Assembly (NCBI RefSeq): GCF_018977255.1
Contig: NW_024704742.1
Coordinates: 74,588,001 to 74,652,000, forward strand
Reading direction: 5' to 3'
DNA: 64,000 nt
DNA from: Callorhinchus milii
Lineage: Eukaryota
The notes beneath the pieces were generated by a model that worked only from the letters and a program-made list of their open reading frames with translations, was not told the origin of the DNA and made no database searches. A program made the position numbers and the translations under genes. This document shows positions 13,727 to 26,254 of the stretch, piece after piece (position 1 is the first letter of the stretch; every line of letters starts with the position of its first letter).

Positions 13727-13920
13727 TATAAAGATTATTATTGTCTGGCAAATTATGGTGCATCATTGCATTCTTTCCAAAAGTGGTTTAATGTGATCCA
13801 TTATTATGAACTCTAGAACACAATTGTACAATAGGACAGATTGTAAGCGATGATAAGAGTTTATTTATAGGGTCAATTGGGAGACATTTGAGGAGAAACA
13901 GTCTTCCTAATAAGATCTGA

Positions 13921-14286
13921 ATAGTAATAATAATAATCCTTGCATTTGATATAGGGCCTTATCACATCATTCACAGTGTATACTGTAAAGTGAATTAACT
14001 GTATAATTTTTGTGGGCAAAAGGCGGCAATTGATCCAGTTGACACAGCAGTGTCTCACAAACAGTTGAGGATTGAGTGAGCAAATTATTGTTATTTATTT
14101 ATTTATTTATAGAAGGGATTATTCCCCCCACAAAATGATCCACCAATCTACTAACAACCGGGTTCCTACTTATTGCAAGGAGTGTGGAGTAAGGAACTTG
14201 CCTAAAGTTTTGTCCCGCCTGAGAATTGAACCCAGGTCCTCTCGTTTGCAAGGCAAGTGCTCTAACCATACTCTACAGGACTCCAT
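13921..14286 (-). mobile_element. tRNA-derived Deu-SINE, long subfamily
   Basis: tRNA head, gtaggaacccggttgttag insert, Deu core, (ATT)n tail. Confidence 0.88.
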
Positions 14287-14702
14287 GTCCTGTATATAAG
14301 TAATAAGGAATCAAATTCAATATATAATAGTTTGTTCGTAACTCATTCCCTTTAAGCCTTTAATCATCATTCTAGACATTCTGTGAACCTTGCTCAAAGC
14401 TTTAATATCCTTTTTGAAGTATGGTGACTACAGCTGCACACAGAATCAGCCTTACTCGTGTGGCTTACCATGTGAGGATAACTTAACTTGCTTTGGTTTA
14501 TAATACAATACTTCTCTTGACTTGATTTCCTGACAGCAGGACTAGTTACTGTCAGGATACGATCGATAAACACGCCCACACCTTTTTTCAATGCAGCTCT
14601 ACAAATGATATGTTTCTATGGTATACAAATACTGTATTTGGCATGTCTTTTCCCCTTACATTTGCCACCTGTCATTTATCAACTCATTTGCACAACTAGC
14701 TA

Positions 14703-15017
14703 TAATAATAATGATCCTTACATTTGATATAGTGCTTTTCACATCTTCTATACGTCTCAAAGCGCTTCACAAAATAAACTGGAAAGTGAATTGAGTGTAT
14801 ATTTGTGGGCGAAGTGCGGCAGCCAATTGCGCACAGCAGTATCTTGCCACAGTCGTGGATTGAAGCGATCAATTTATTATTGTTTTTTTCTCCTTGAGGG
14901 CCTATTATCAGGAGTGTGGAGTAAAGAAACTTGCCCAAGATTTTGCCCTGTGGGAATTGAACCCAGGTTTCTCGCTTGCGAGGCAAGTCCTCTAACCACT
15001 GAGCTACAGGACTCCAC
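14703..15017 (-). mobile_element. tRNA-derived Deu-SINE, full length
   Basis: Head with CGC anticodon-like loop, B box, Deu core, tail. Confidence 0.9.
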
Positions 15018-15040
15018 CAACCAACCTCGTTCAGGTTGCT

Positions 15041-15225
15041 TATAAAAACAGAAGTTGCTGGGAACACTCAGCAGGTCAAGCAGCATCTATGGAGAGAGGA
15101 AAGTGAGTTAATGTTTCAAGTTGATGATCTTTCACCAGAACTCACTTTCCACTCTTCATAAAACTGCATGACCGTGTTCCCAGCGACTTCTGTTTTTATT
15201 TCAGATTTCCAGGATCAGCAGTGGC
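15041..15225. mobile_element. Penelope-type inverted-repeat remnant
   Basis: Arms ataaaaacagaagttgctgggaacac / gtgttcccagcgacttctgtttttat; centre on minus strand ctggtga..gaaac resembles a decayed hammerhead core; family assignment from memory. Confidence 0.6.
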
Positions 15226-16654
15226 TTGTTCGCTTACTTCCCATTCACAAGTCACCATGTAGCTTTTGTGCTATTCTCATATAATGAAACCATATATCTT
15301 CTTCATTAGATTCCCATAAGAAACTTTGTCAAATGCCTTGTGAAAATTTAAGCTCTCTTGTCACCTGGATCTCTATAATAAATGTCAGAAGATTAATAAA
15401 ACATGACCTTCTAAAACCATATGGACTGGCGCTATGAAGTTCAGTACTTTCTAGATTATCATTGATTACATATCAGATCATTTCCTCAAGCATCTTCAGC
15501 ACAGAATTTATTGCACTGTAATTGCCCACAAACTTTATAGTAAAGCCTGTGAAGTGCTTTGAGACTTTGATGACGTGATAAGGCGATATATTGAATCCAA
15601 GGATTATTTTTATTATCTCGAAGTTTGTACTTTCCTCCTTCGTCAATGTAAAACTATACTTCATTTACCATTTATCTAAACAGCACCCCTGAAATTTCTT
15701 TGTACTTTCTACAGGATTCCCAGGTGAAACCCCAGATAAGGTTATTATTAAAGCTTATTATTAAAGCAATGACAGCTGCTCTCTCTTGTGCTTTCTGGAT
15801 AAGTGCTACAGCCTTCATCAGAGAGTACATTAGATTAATCTACAATGAAAGTCAAGGCTTGTTAAATCAAGTGTGAATAATTACCCTTACAGATGACTGA
15901 GGGCTACTAATATCATATATTTGACAATATCTGTTCATTACTAACTGTATTCAGTTAATATGCTATTTAATCATCTCTGAATTGCTTGCAAATTAATTTT
16001 CTATTTCCCCCCCCTTTCTCCTGCACTCCTGAAGGGAGAGATGTGCTTGGGTATGAAAGCATATTTGAATAACTCTGTATTAACTAAATGAAATATCAAT
16101 CTTCCTTTTTGTCCCTAGAGAACAACTAGCAGTAGGCTATTCCACTGTACAAGGCATGAAACCTAAACCAGATGTCAAGGCCATGAGTGATAACGAGTTT
16201 GAGGGGGGTGCACGGTTGTGGGTTGGGGAGTTTATGTGGAGGGTGAGGTTTAGGGTGGAGAGGAGGGCAGTTAAGTCAGAGGAGATGCAAAAGGAATTTA
16301 GGTGGAGGTTGAAATCATGCATTATGACCAGGTGTTCAGTGCAGAGGCAGAGGGTTGAGAGGAGTGATAAAACTATTAGAGGTTTGGGATATTGTAAATA
16401 GGAAGAAAGTATTTTCACTGCTTGATAAGCTGCACAAACATAATCAGTCGAATGGCCTCCTTCTGTACTGTAAGAATAGAAAATGCATGTAATCCATGGA
16501 TGGGATTTGCCAAGAGGAAAGCTGAAAGAGACCTAGGGGCGTTAGTTGACTGATCACTCAGTATATCAAAACAGTGTGAGCTACCATCTTGAAAATGTAT
16601 GGAATGGCTCCATGGTTCCATGTGCTGACTGGCAATTTTCAGAAATGTGGACCT

Positions 16655-17410
16655 ATGTGGTTTGTCCAGAGTATTGGAAAGTGGCCAATATCACTCCGTT
16701 GTTTTTAAGAAAAGAGAAAAGGAAGAGCCAGGGAACAATAGGCCAATGGGTCCCAATGTGAGTTGTAGGGAAGCTGTTTGAGAGTGTCATTGTGGAAAAT
16801 ATAGAAAATATAGAACTGTTATGGGATACTCAGCACTGCTTTGTAAAGGGAAGATCGTGTCTGACAAATTCAATTAAATTATTTGTAGTGGTAACCAAGA
16901 ATCTGAATGAGGGACCTGCAGTGATGTTGTTTATTTGGATTTTAGGAAGATGTTCAATAATGTGCATCCTTTGTGGCCAAAATAAGGCACATGGAATAGG
17001 TGGAAAGGTAGCAATGTGGATAGAGGAATGGTTTGCTGGTAGAAAGTGGGAATTTAGGGATGTTTTTGCAATTTGCAGAGATTAGATAGTGGTGTGCCTC
17101 AGGGTTCAGTGTTAGAGCTTCAATAATTCTTTATATCTATCAGTGATCTGGATACAGGAGTTTAGGGAATGATTTCTAAATTTGTGAATGATCCTAATTT
17201 AATTGGCATTGTTAACAGTAACCATAAGTGTAGGAAGCTACAGGCAGATATTGACAAGTTAGAGAAGTGGGCAATTTTGTGAAAATGGATTTCAATACAG
17301 AACATGTGACATGGTATTTTGTGAGAAAGAATAGGAAACAAAATTATACCCTGGGAAGTGGAATAGTCAATGCTATGGAAGAGCAGAGGGATTCAGGGAA
17401 TCAAATATAT
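16655..17410 (+). mobile_element. CR1 LINE RT fragment
   Basis: WKVANITPLF, QHCFVKGRSCLTN, KAHGIGG, GVPQGSVL. Confidence 0.9.
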
Positions 17411-17559
17411 AATGGTCGAAATAAGGGTTGCTTTTATCCTGAAAAAGTTCAAATGTTTTTAAGATAAGAGTAAAGTTTTTAACGTTTTTATATTTTTTAA
17501 TGTTGGAACGTTAACGCTCTCTGGAAAGTCTGAACTGAATTATATTGGCTCTCTATTGC

Positions 17560-17975
17560 AAAACGGATCGATTTCAAGATTCTTGCGCTCACGTACAACT
17601 CACTTCATGCCCGGCATCTCCCTACCTCTCAAACTTGCTGACACACCACTCCTTTACCTGCCTCCTTTACTCAGCTTGCTCCAGTCTCCTGTACACCCCT
17701 CTCCGCTTCTGCTCTTAACCCTAACCCTAACCCATCAGCAGCTGTGATTTCAGCTACTATGCCCCAAATTCTGGAATTCTCTGCCTCAATCTCTCCACCT
17801 TGCCCCACTTGTCCATCTTCAAATCACACCAAAGACCTTCCTCTACAACCTTTCTCTTTGACCATGCCTCGGGTCAGCTCCCATCTCTCCCACGCTCAAT
17901 GTCAAGCTCCACCACTGTTAAGCGCTCCGAAACACTATTTTACATGAAAGACACTATACAAATGCTAGTTCTTGT
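17560..17975 (+). mobile_element. L2 3' fragment containing (TAACCC)3
   Basis: RIDFKIL, ctctttgaccatgcc, tail actgttaagcgctccga..tatacaaatgc. Confidence 0.75.
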
Positions 17976-18282
17976 TTTTGTTTCAGAATGAAGCTACAGA
18001 AGCACCCACAACATGGCCATTAAACCATCAACATTGTTATTATTGGTATCTGGACAGGGATATATGGAAAAAACATAGTGAAACCAAGAAAATCCTAGGA
18101 GAACATCTCAAAGTGCTTCACAGGGTTTGTAGGCAAATTCAGAAGCTAACTTCTGCACAGAAATGTCCCACAAACAACCATGAAGGGAACTGGCCAAAAC
18201 ACCAGGAGAAACTTCCTTTTCTTTTCAAATTAGAGAATTTAAAGTCCTGACATGGGGCTTGAACCCACAGCCTTGATCAGAT

Positions 18283-19000
18283 ACAATACAATACCAAGTT
18301 ACATTTGCAAAACGCCTTTCACGTCGGGAGGACTTACCAAGGTGCTGAACAGTCAGGAATTAGGACCCGAGCAGGTGGGGTTGGGATCAGGGAGGGTGGA
18401 GGGCAGAGAGGGTAGGAGCATGGCCAAAGGCTCGGTCGAAGAGGAAGGTCATGAGGCGTGCCTTGAAGGTGGCAAGGGAGGGAGCGAGGCTAAGGAATGG
18501 GGGATGAAGTACCAGAGGCTGAAGGCCCAACCGCCGATGGTGGGGAAGGTCGGGCGGGGTACATGGAGCAGGCCGGAGACTGCTGAGTGGAGGGGGCAGA
18601 CAGGTTGATAAGGGGTTAGCAGGTCGGAGAGGTAGGAAGGGGCAAGGCCACAGAGGGCCTTGAAATTGAGGACGAGGATTTTGGACTTGTTCCTCTGAGG
18701 GATAGGGAGCCAGTGGAAATGGGCCAAGATGGGTTTGATGGGTTCACGGACCCTGGTGTGAGAAAGGACATGAGCTACAGAGTTCTGGATGAACTGCAGC
18801 TTGTGGAGGGAAGAGTTGGGAAGGCCTACAAGCAGGGCATTGGCATAGTCAAGCATGGATGTAATGAAGGCATGTATGAGGGTTTCAGCAGCCTGAGGGG
18901 TGAGACAGTGGTGGAGTTGGGCAATGTTGCAGAGGTGGGCAGAGTGTGTCATGCAACGGATGTGGGAGAGAAAGAACAGTCGAGGGTTGACCAAAATGCG
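18283..19000 (-). mobile_element. L2 LINE 3' fragment
   Basis: AAETLIHAFITSMLDYANALL, HWLPIPQR; stem-loop tail. Confidence 0.92.
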
Positions 19001-20080
19001 AGAGTACTACCAAGAGAGCCAGGCTAATGCTTTTTAACAAAATAAATCATAATTTTTTTTCCTGAAAATTCTATCACTTTCAGATTATTTTGTCGATAGA
19101 AAAGTGCATGGAGTTTGTAACAGAAATTATCTCAAATTCTATTCCTATGATAAATACTTGGGTGTATTTATCACAGGACCTTTTTCTAATGTTGTGAGCA
19201 TTTCTACAGCACGAAAGACATAAGACACACTGAAGATAAACTGAAGAGACATAAATAAATAAGTATGTGATTTCACAACTTAAGAAACAATATCTCAGAA
19301 TATACTATTTGGTGCATTTTGGTCCACTGTTGCCTACATAGGAATGTAATATTTTCTGATACAGGGGCAATTTGATTCCAAGTGCAAAATTAATTCCACC
19401 CCATCATTGTTAATCCACAATAAACAGGTTACCACCCAAACAGCAGGAACAAACTTCTTGAACCTTATAATATAATCCACAGGCAAAGGATTATATTTTA
19501 TTATGCATGACCGGCTAAAAAGATATCCTAATTACTATTTCTGAATTTAGATTGAATAGTTTACAATACATTTTTATATATCCTCAGTTCATTTGCATTC
19601 ACCATCAGGGTTTGGGGAAAGGGACAAAACACCGTGTATTTAATATCTTCACAGGCTCAATGTATTGTGTTGGCAGGTCTAATGCTCTGTGGGGAGGAAG
19701 AAAATAAAACAAATCAACAGTACACTGATTATGTTTTTACAATCTCTAACTCAAATTGTTTCACAACTTAAATTGATCTGAATTAATACTAGAATGTGCA
19801 AAGTGGATACAAACTGCTTACAATAAACAAATGTAATGTAGTGCCTATAATCGAGAAGTGGAACCATTTGAAAGCACTTTACAGTAACCACTCTTGTAAT
19901 GACTGCATATTCATAGGGAAAAATATACATCGGAATTGCTTACTTCAAAATTTTTGAGCATTATTGTAAATAACACAAATACATTAGCACAAATCATCAA
20001 TACATTCCATCACCAGTGAATGAATGAATGAATAAATAAATAAATAAAGAATTCTTACCATTGTTATAGCACCTTTCACA

Positions 20081-20390
20081 TAATAATAATCCTTGCATTT
20101 GATATAGCACTTTTCACATCTTCTAGACGTCCCAAAGCGCTTCACAGAATATACTGTAAAGAGAATTGACTGTATATTTGTGGGTGAACGCGGCAGCCAT
20201 TTGCGCACAGCAATGTCCCACAAACAGTCGTGGATTGAAAATGACCAATTTATTATTTTGTTTTTTGGAGGGATTATTATTAGGCGTGAGGAGTAAGGAA
20301 ACTTGCCCAAGGTTTCGCCCTGCCTGGAATTGAACTCAGGTCTCTCACTTGCAAAGCGAGTGCTCTTACCACTGAGCTACAGGACTCCAC
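20081..20390 (-). mobile_element. tRNA-derived Deu-SINE, full length, short subfamily
   Basis: Near-identical to 33500-33828 and 37001-37325. Confidence 0.93.
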
Positions 20391-21289
20391 ATGAGGGGGT
20401 GGGGAGGGGGGGTGGACATCTGAAAGCTCTTCGCAGAATATTCTGTAAATGTAATGTATTACAGCAGGTTCAGGGTTGAGCTAGGAATGCTAAAATCACT
20501 AAACACTGATTGGGGCAATAATCAACATCAGTATTAAGTTAATTAAATTAAGCAATGCATTAATGGATACTGTAGATGTTACCACTTTGTTTTTGTGGGT
20601 GTGAGATAGGCAGAAACCCACATCAGATTCTCAAAAATTGGGAGTATATTGGCTTTATACAGGCAGTGGCGATGAGGGTTCATCCAGTATTTAAGCCTTT
20701 TTGAAGTCCCACTAAATAGAAAATAACTGCAAACCTCACATCAGGAGACTTTAATTCACTTTATCATCTGACCATCGGCTTTAATATAATCAACATTGCA
20801 CACGGGGAAGGGGTAAGCAATCACAGAATTCTGGATTGCTTGAGTTGACCAAAGGGTTGACGAAAGAAAAATTGCAAAGGCTCATGGATTTGTTTTCGTC
20901 AGAAATACTGCAGGTCTGAACAGTGAAAGCATGTTCACAGAACACAAAGTTTTAACATCATCATTGATAAGACATTCTTGTTGGCTACAGAATTTCTCAG
21001 ACTTTTTCAAACTTGTTTAAAACAAACTGCTGGAATCTTGAAAAATACGAGGGGATGTTGACAACTATTGGATATTGGTAAAAAGGATGAGCTGATTAAA
21101 AAAAAGATGCCTTTTTGTGGAGTTGAATGCCAGATGTCTTTACAAGTTCAATGGGTCTCAAGAAAAGGAGAAGAACTGAGTTTGCGAGCGGAGCTGAGTT
21201 TTGGAAATATAGTACTTAAACGTAAATAATTTTGAGAAAAGACAGATATACTATAATCAACGTGGATTAACAAGCCAATTCCTCATCAA

Positions 21290-21527
21290 AGCCATTGTAT
21301 TTGATGATCCTCTCACTCGTTTTAAAATCCTTTCACACCCTTGCACCTCCCTACCTATCCGATTTGCTTCCCCCCCAATGCACCACCTGCTGCCTCTGTT
21401 CGGCTGGCTCCGGCATCCTGTTCGTCCTTCATGTCCTCCGCTCCACCATTGGTGGTGGTGCCTTTAGCCACTGTGCCCTGAAAAAGCTACCCCGCGTGAA
21501 TGTCGTTAGATAAATGCAAGTTGTTGT
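21290..21527 (+). mobile_element. L2 3' fragment
   Basis: KSFHTLAPPYLSDLL..STIGGGAFS; tail ataaatgcaagttgttg. Confidence 0.85.
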
Positions 21528-22169
21528 ATTTGGTCTGATCAATTAATTGCGGTGAACTTTACTAACCTGTTGTAAGCATTAATTTGATTTGATGAAATGT
21601 ATAATTTTGACTGGATTTCTTTACTGATTTGTATTAATAAATATTAATTGATTGAAGAATTTTTGTCAGTCTTTACTTCACTGCAGGTCACAAATTTAAT
21701 TAACCCTTACAATCTGAAGACCTGTAAAATACAGGAGGATATTGCAATTGGGTTTAATGATCCATGTGCAGAATTTACAGGTTGGGTTAATCGTGTACAA
21801 AGGTTCACCAGTACTCTTGATTAATTCTGTAATCATTATCAATGAAAAGGATAACACACATTTTGCGAATTGTTAATCCAACCTGCAAATTGGATCTCAC
21901 TGTCAAGCTAAAGTGAAAACCCTCAGGTATCTAGGTGGAATCAGGGCCATTGAGAATTTGATCAGTCAAGACAAATAACAATGGGTTAAAGGGGCTTCCT
22001 TTCTTTGTTCTTTTAGAGAGTCCAAAGCTCAAACCACTTTGACTATTGGTAAGCATCATTCCAGTAAAAAACATCTTCTTCAATTTTTACCAAAGTGTAT
22101 TCTCTTCAGTGCTCTTCCCAAAACACTATAATCTACTTTGTCAAATGTCTCATTTCTGTTCATTGAAAG

Positions 22170-22385
22170 CACCTCAAATCATTCTAAGCAGTTGGTGGTG
22201 GAAGCTGGTTTGATAACAATTTTTAAGAGAGAAGTAGATAATTATAATTATTTGGGGAAGACAAGTTTGCAGGGCTATGGGGAGAGAGCGGGCGAGTGGA
22301 ATTGATTTGGATAGCTCTTTTCAAAGAGCGGGTACAGACCCGATGGCCCAGATGGCCTCCTTCTTTACTATATGATTCTATGAAA
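22170..22385 (+). mobile_element. CR1 3' end
   Basis: gatggccca gatggcctccttc..tatgattctatga tail. Confidence 0.8.
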
Positions 22386-22931
22386 GGATCTTCTGCAAAG
22401 CTAGTCACAACCAACTCCCATCATATATTATGAGATTGATTATAAGTTTTAAAAATATAAACATCACAAATATAATTTGAGACATTATTTAACACATTAA
22501 TTACAGAATCCTAAACTGCAGATAAGTCCCAATCCCCCCCACCCCATTCTTCCAGGTCCCAAATTGTCAAAAACGATGATGATGATGATGATGGCAATGA
22601 TGATCTGAAATCTGTCTTTACAATCTCCTGAGAAAAGTCAAATGACAGGATCTCCTCTCTGGCAGGGGATGTCCGGCCTGAGCCTTGTGACCAAGTGCTC
22701 AAGTGAGCTGTGTTCCAGTATCTGTTTCCTCTAATGAGGGCAGATCAAACTCCTCAGATCGGCGGTCTTGCAATACTGATGCCAGCTAACAGCGGGCTGA
22801 AACCCTAGCTGTTGCTCGGAGCTCAATCCTTTCCATAATGCCCAAGTTATGGGTGAGATTCTGTTGTGTTCCATGACCCACAAGCAGATCTCAACTGGAG
22901 AACTTTTCTGACAGGTGCTAGCTCAAAGAGT

Positions 22932-22985
22932 AACTGATAAGAACATAAACTGCACTTGATCTTAGCCAAAAGGCCGAGAAGTGGC
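22932..22985 (-). pseudogene. RNU2: U2 snRNA 5' fragment (about nt 3-54)
   Basis: Minus strand cacttctcggccttttggctaagatcaagtgcagtttatgttcttatcagtt matches vertebrate U2 at 48/52 positions; branch-point pairing GTAGTA is mutated to GCAGTT; the rest of U2 is absent. Confidence 0.93.
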
Positions 22986-24312
22986 ATAGGTATTGAATCA
23001 TTGTGGTATTTTACCACAGAGCATTGACCCACTCTTCCTTTGCCAGCCCATAGAACCAGCTCAATCCCTGTGAAACCCCATTGACTTCCATTGCATGGAG
23101 GAATATCACGTGTTGGGTGTCAGACAGCTGACAAGCTAGATGGATTGTGGCTATCAGGAACTCTTCCCAAGTGGCAGCTGCCCATTCCCAGGTGCACATG
23201 ATCAACTGAGTGGGGAACACATCTCAGTGGGGTATATACCAACATCCAGCTCACCATTTGTAGTGTGTTTATTTACACCAACTGAGCAAGTCAGTACATT
23301 AACCCTAACTGCTTGTTACTTAAACATGCAGGAAGAAGCTTACCAGTTTGTAATTTATTTCAGACTCCAGTCACTTTAACAAGTGCAGAATGGCAGGAGA
23401 GAGAGTTTGATGATTAAATCTGAGCTGCTGTTGGTATAGGAGGGAGTTGGCGGGATTGTGATTCATATGTAGCTGTCTGTGGGTAGGGCGCCTGATCGGA
23501 GAAAATTCTATTCTCCTACTCTCTTCTCTCTCTATTCATCTTTAACTTAATGTCTACAAACGTTCTTTTCTAACCCCATCAATAGTCATCCGGAGGAGTT
23601 TTTTGTTTAAGGAGTGGGTGATCAACAGCTAGAAGGATAACGGATGCCAGAATATTCATTTTCAATATCATGTGCTTTCTGGAAGTTTGAGGTGAAATGG
23701 GCTGATGAATCTTTTTCATCTTAACCTCTCTTTGGTCGTGTACGTTGGTTACAAATCACCGACAAATTACACAGTCACAGCACTTTACAGTAAACTCTGA
23801 AGCGCTTTGAGATGGATTCCCATCTTGAAAGGCATTATACCAAACAAATGATTATTATTAATGTACTTTGGAAGGCCGGAAAGAGGGGTAAGGGGAGCTA
23901 TTAAGAAGGAAATTTTATTGCTGGTTGGAAATCTCAATCAAAGTCAAGCCAGATTAAGTAGAAATTAAGCAGATTAGTGGTCACTTTACATAAAACCGTC
24001 TGCCCTTGCCAACCACCTCCAAATTAAAGCTGGCATTCTGTGCACTGATTTCTGGCATAGCAGCCTTTTGTAAATGTCAAGTGACAGTGTAGTAATCTTC
24101 AGCTGAACAATTAGGTAGCATCCACTGACTTGTAGGGAGTTTATTTATGAGGTGAAATAGGTCTTATTTAGTGACTATGATCTTTATCACAGTAAGCTTT
24201 TTTCTTAATTGGATGTCTCAATCATTATTCAACAGCAGTAACTCCAAACACCTCATGATGTATCATGAAATGAGTCAATATTCTAAGCAGCTATTTTTTC
24301 TCAATCATGCAG

Positions 24313-24423
24313 AAACAATATCCCATTGAAGACTGTATCCGGAGTATTATGGACGAAGAGGGTGACTGTGATTTGCAGATTGTTGAGATAGCATATCTGC
24401 TTCACCACTCGTGCTCAGTGTAA
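24313..24423 (+). other. Weak candidate terminal exon (KQYPIEDCIRSIMDEEGDCDLQIVEIAYLLHHSCSV*)
   Basis: Pyrimidine tract plus CAG acceptor, 36 open codons, stop, AATAAA at 24522; no homology recognised. Confidence 0.25.
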
Positions 24424-24442
24424 CCGGTCTCAGATTAGCTCC

Positions 24443-24511
24443 AGTTTGGCAGTTCCAGTCGAGCAACATTGTTTGGTGGAAACTATATTACTCGACTGCA
24501 ACAGCCAAACT
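24443..24511. repeat. 69-nt imperfect hairpin
   Basis: 32-bp arms with 27 Watson-Crick pairs and a 5-nt loop. Confidence 0.85.
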
Positions 24512-25401
24512 AAAATATTGAAATAAAATATTTATTCAACTTGTGCTCGAAAATGTCAGCAAGTTCCATCCTGAGGAGGAAGGGAAATCCATTGCTGAAT
24601 GTCAGTTATTCATAGCTCTTGAATATTGACACCCAAGGAGAGAAATGTCACCATCAACATTGACATGCAACTATTTTCTCTGAGGTGGCACAAGCACACA
24701 GCTTGGTAGAACAGAGTGGAGAAGGAACTACAGTAACCCAAGAGGCAAATACTCTCACAGACATCTCCCCCACCGTCTTAGCAGTGGGGAGGAACTGTAT
24801 CTACTTGTTGAAATACAACAACAACTTGCATTTATACAGTGCCCTTATCATTATTATTTACACCATTAGCAATGTCTATGACAGTCTGCAAAATCCTGGA
24901 AGCACACTGAAACTCTGAGGCTGCACAGCATTGTGAAATTACATTGGGTAGTCGGGGTGAAGCAGATGTATAATTAGCTACAGCCATTGAATTCCCTTCA
25001 AGGCTGTTCTTGGATGTTCTGGATTAGTATCTACTCCTGTGGGTGAGGTGTCTTCTTCCACCACTCCCACCCAGCTCCAAGTTACAATTATCCTTCAACT
25101 CTTTCTAAGTTAATTCTATCACAATGGACATCGAGTGTTGATGCTCACAGAAGGTCATTCAGTGCTGGTGAATTTGAGTAATTACTTGTCATTTCCAAAT
25201 GCAATGGAGCAGACCTCATAATACTCCTATCTTTTAGTAAATGCAGACGTATGAACAAGCATTATTCATTCCAACTTCAACTTTACCTCTAATTCTTTAC
25301 TTTTATCATTATTAATAGTGACCTTATACAATGTGGTTATTCTTCCCTTGTCTGTTAAACTGAGGTCTGATTGGGAAGCGAACATTATTGTCCCAATATA
25401 A

Positions 25402-25784
25402 TAATAAATAATAATAATCCTTGCATTTTGAAATAACGCCTTATCACATCTTCAAGACATCTCAAAGCGCTTCACAGAATATAATGTGAAGTGGAATTAC
25501 TGCATATTTTGTGGGCGAAATGCAGCAGTCAATTGCACACAGTTGTGTCCCACAAACAGTCATGAGTGACCAAATTATTATTATTATTTTTGTTTTGAAG
25601 GGATTAATACCTCCGCAAAAGCGATCCACCAATCAACTAACAACCAGGTTCCTACTTTTTGCTGGGTAAACAGAGGTGTGTGGAGTAAAGAAACTTGCCC
25701 AATATTTCACCCTGCCCGGGAATCGAACCCAGATCCTCTCGCTTGTGAGGCGAATACTCTAACCACAAAGCTATAGGACTTCAC
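25402..25784 (-). mobile_element. tRNA-derived Deu-SINE, long subfamily
   Basis: Head, ctctgtttacccagc..gtaggaacc insert, Deu core, tail. Confidence 0.9.
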
Positions 25785-25899
25785 GAATGCGTAACAAACA
25801 GGTAGGTTTTTAGACAGTGTTTTGAAAGGGAGGGTGCAAAGTGCAAATCTTTAGGGAAAGAGTTCCAGATCCCAGAAGTAATAATACTCAAACCATGTA

Positions 25900-26250
25900 G
25901 ACCTCTGGTCAGGCTGTACCTAGAGTATTGGAGACAATTCTAGTCACATAAGAGAACATAAGGGAACTGCCTAGACCCTCTAGGCAGTGCAATGAGAATT
26001 CAGAATAATCCAAGTTTCAGACAAATGAGGAACAATTAGATGAGCGAGGGCTCATCAGGCTTGAAAAATCATGCCTCTGTGGGAAACATAAATTTTAGAT
26101 GAGATTGACAAAGTAAACCCAGTACAATACTTTCAGATGCAGTAAGAGAGTTGAATAAGAGATCATAGGTTTAGAGTTGCAAAGGCCAATTCTCAGGACA
26201 GACAGCAGGATGCTTTTCTTTACCCAGAGGGTAATTAATGACTGTAGTAG
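25900..26250 (+). mobile_element. CR1 3' fragment
   Basis: LVR..LEY, HRFRVAK, FFTQRVIN motifs. Confidence 0.65.
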
Positions 26251-26254
26251 GTTA

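Noticed and set aside
15105..15142. Active hammerhead ribozyme in the Penelope-type repeat
   Set aside because: Core reads CUGGUGA and helix II is imperfect, so it is a decayed relic at best
21774..21891. 19-bp imperfect inverted repeats suggesting a Tigger-like MITE
   Set aside because: Too short and decayed, with TA intact on only one side
22556..22640. Poly-Asp exon candidate on +
   Set aside because: All three frames stop within 85 nt; the tract is a (GAT)n microsatellite
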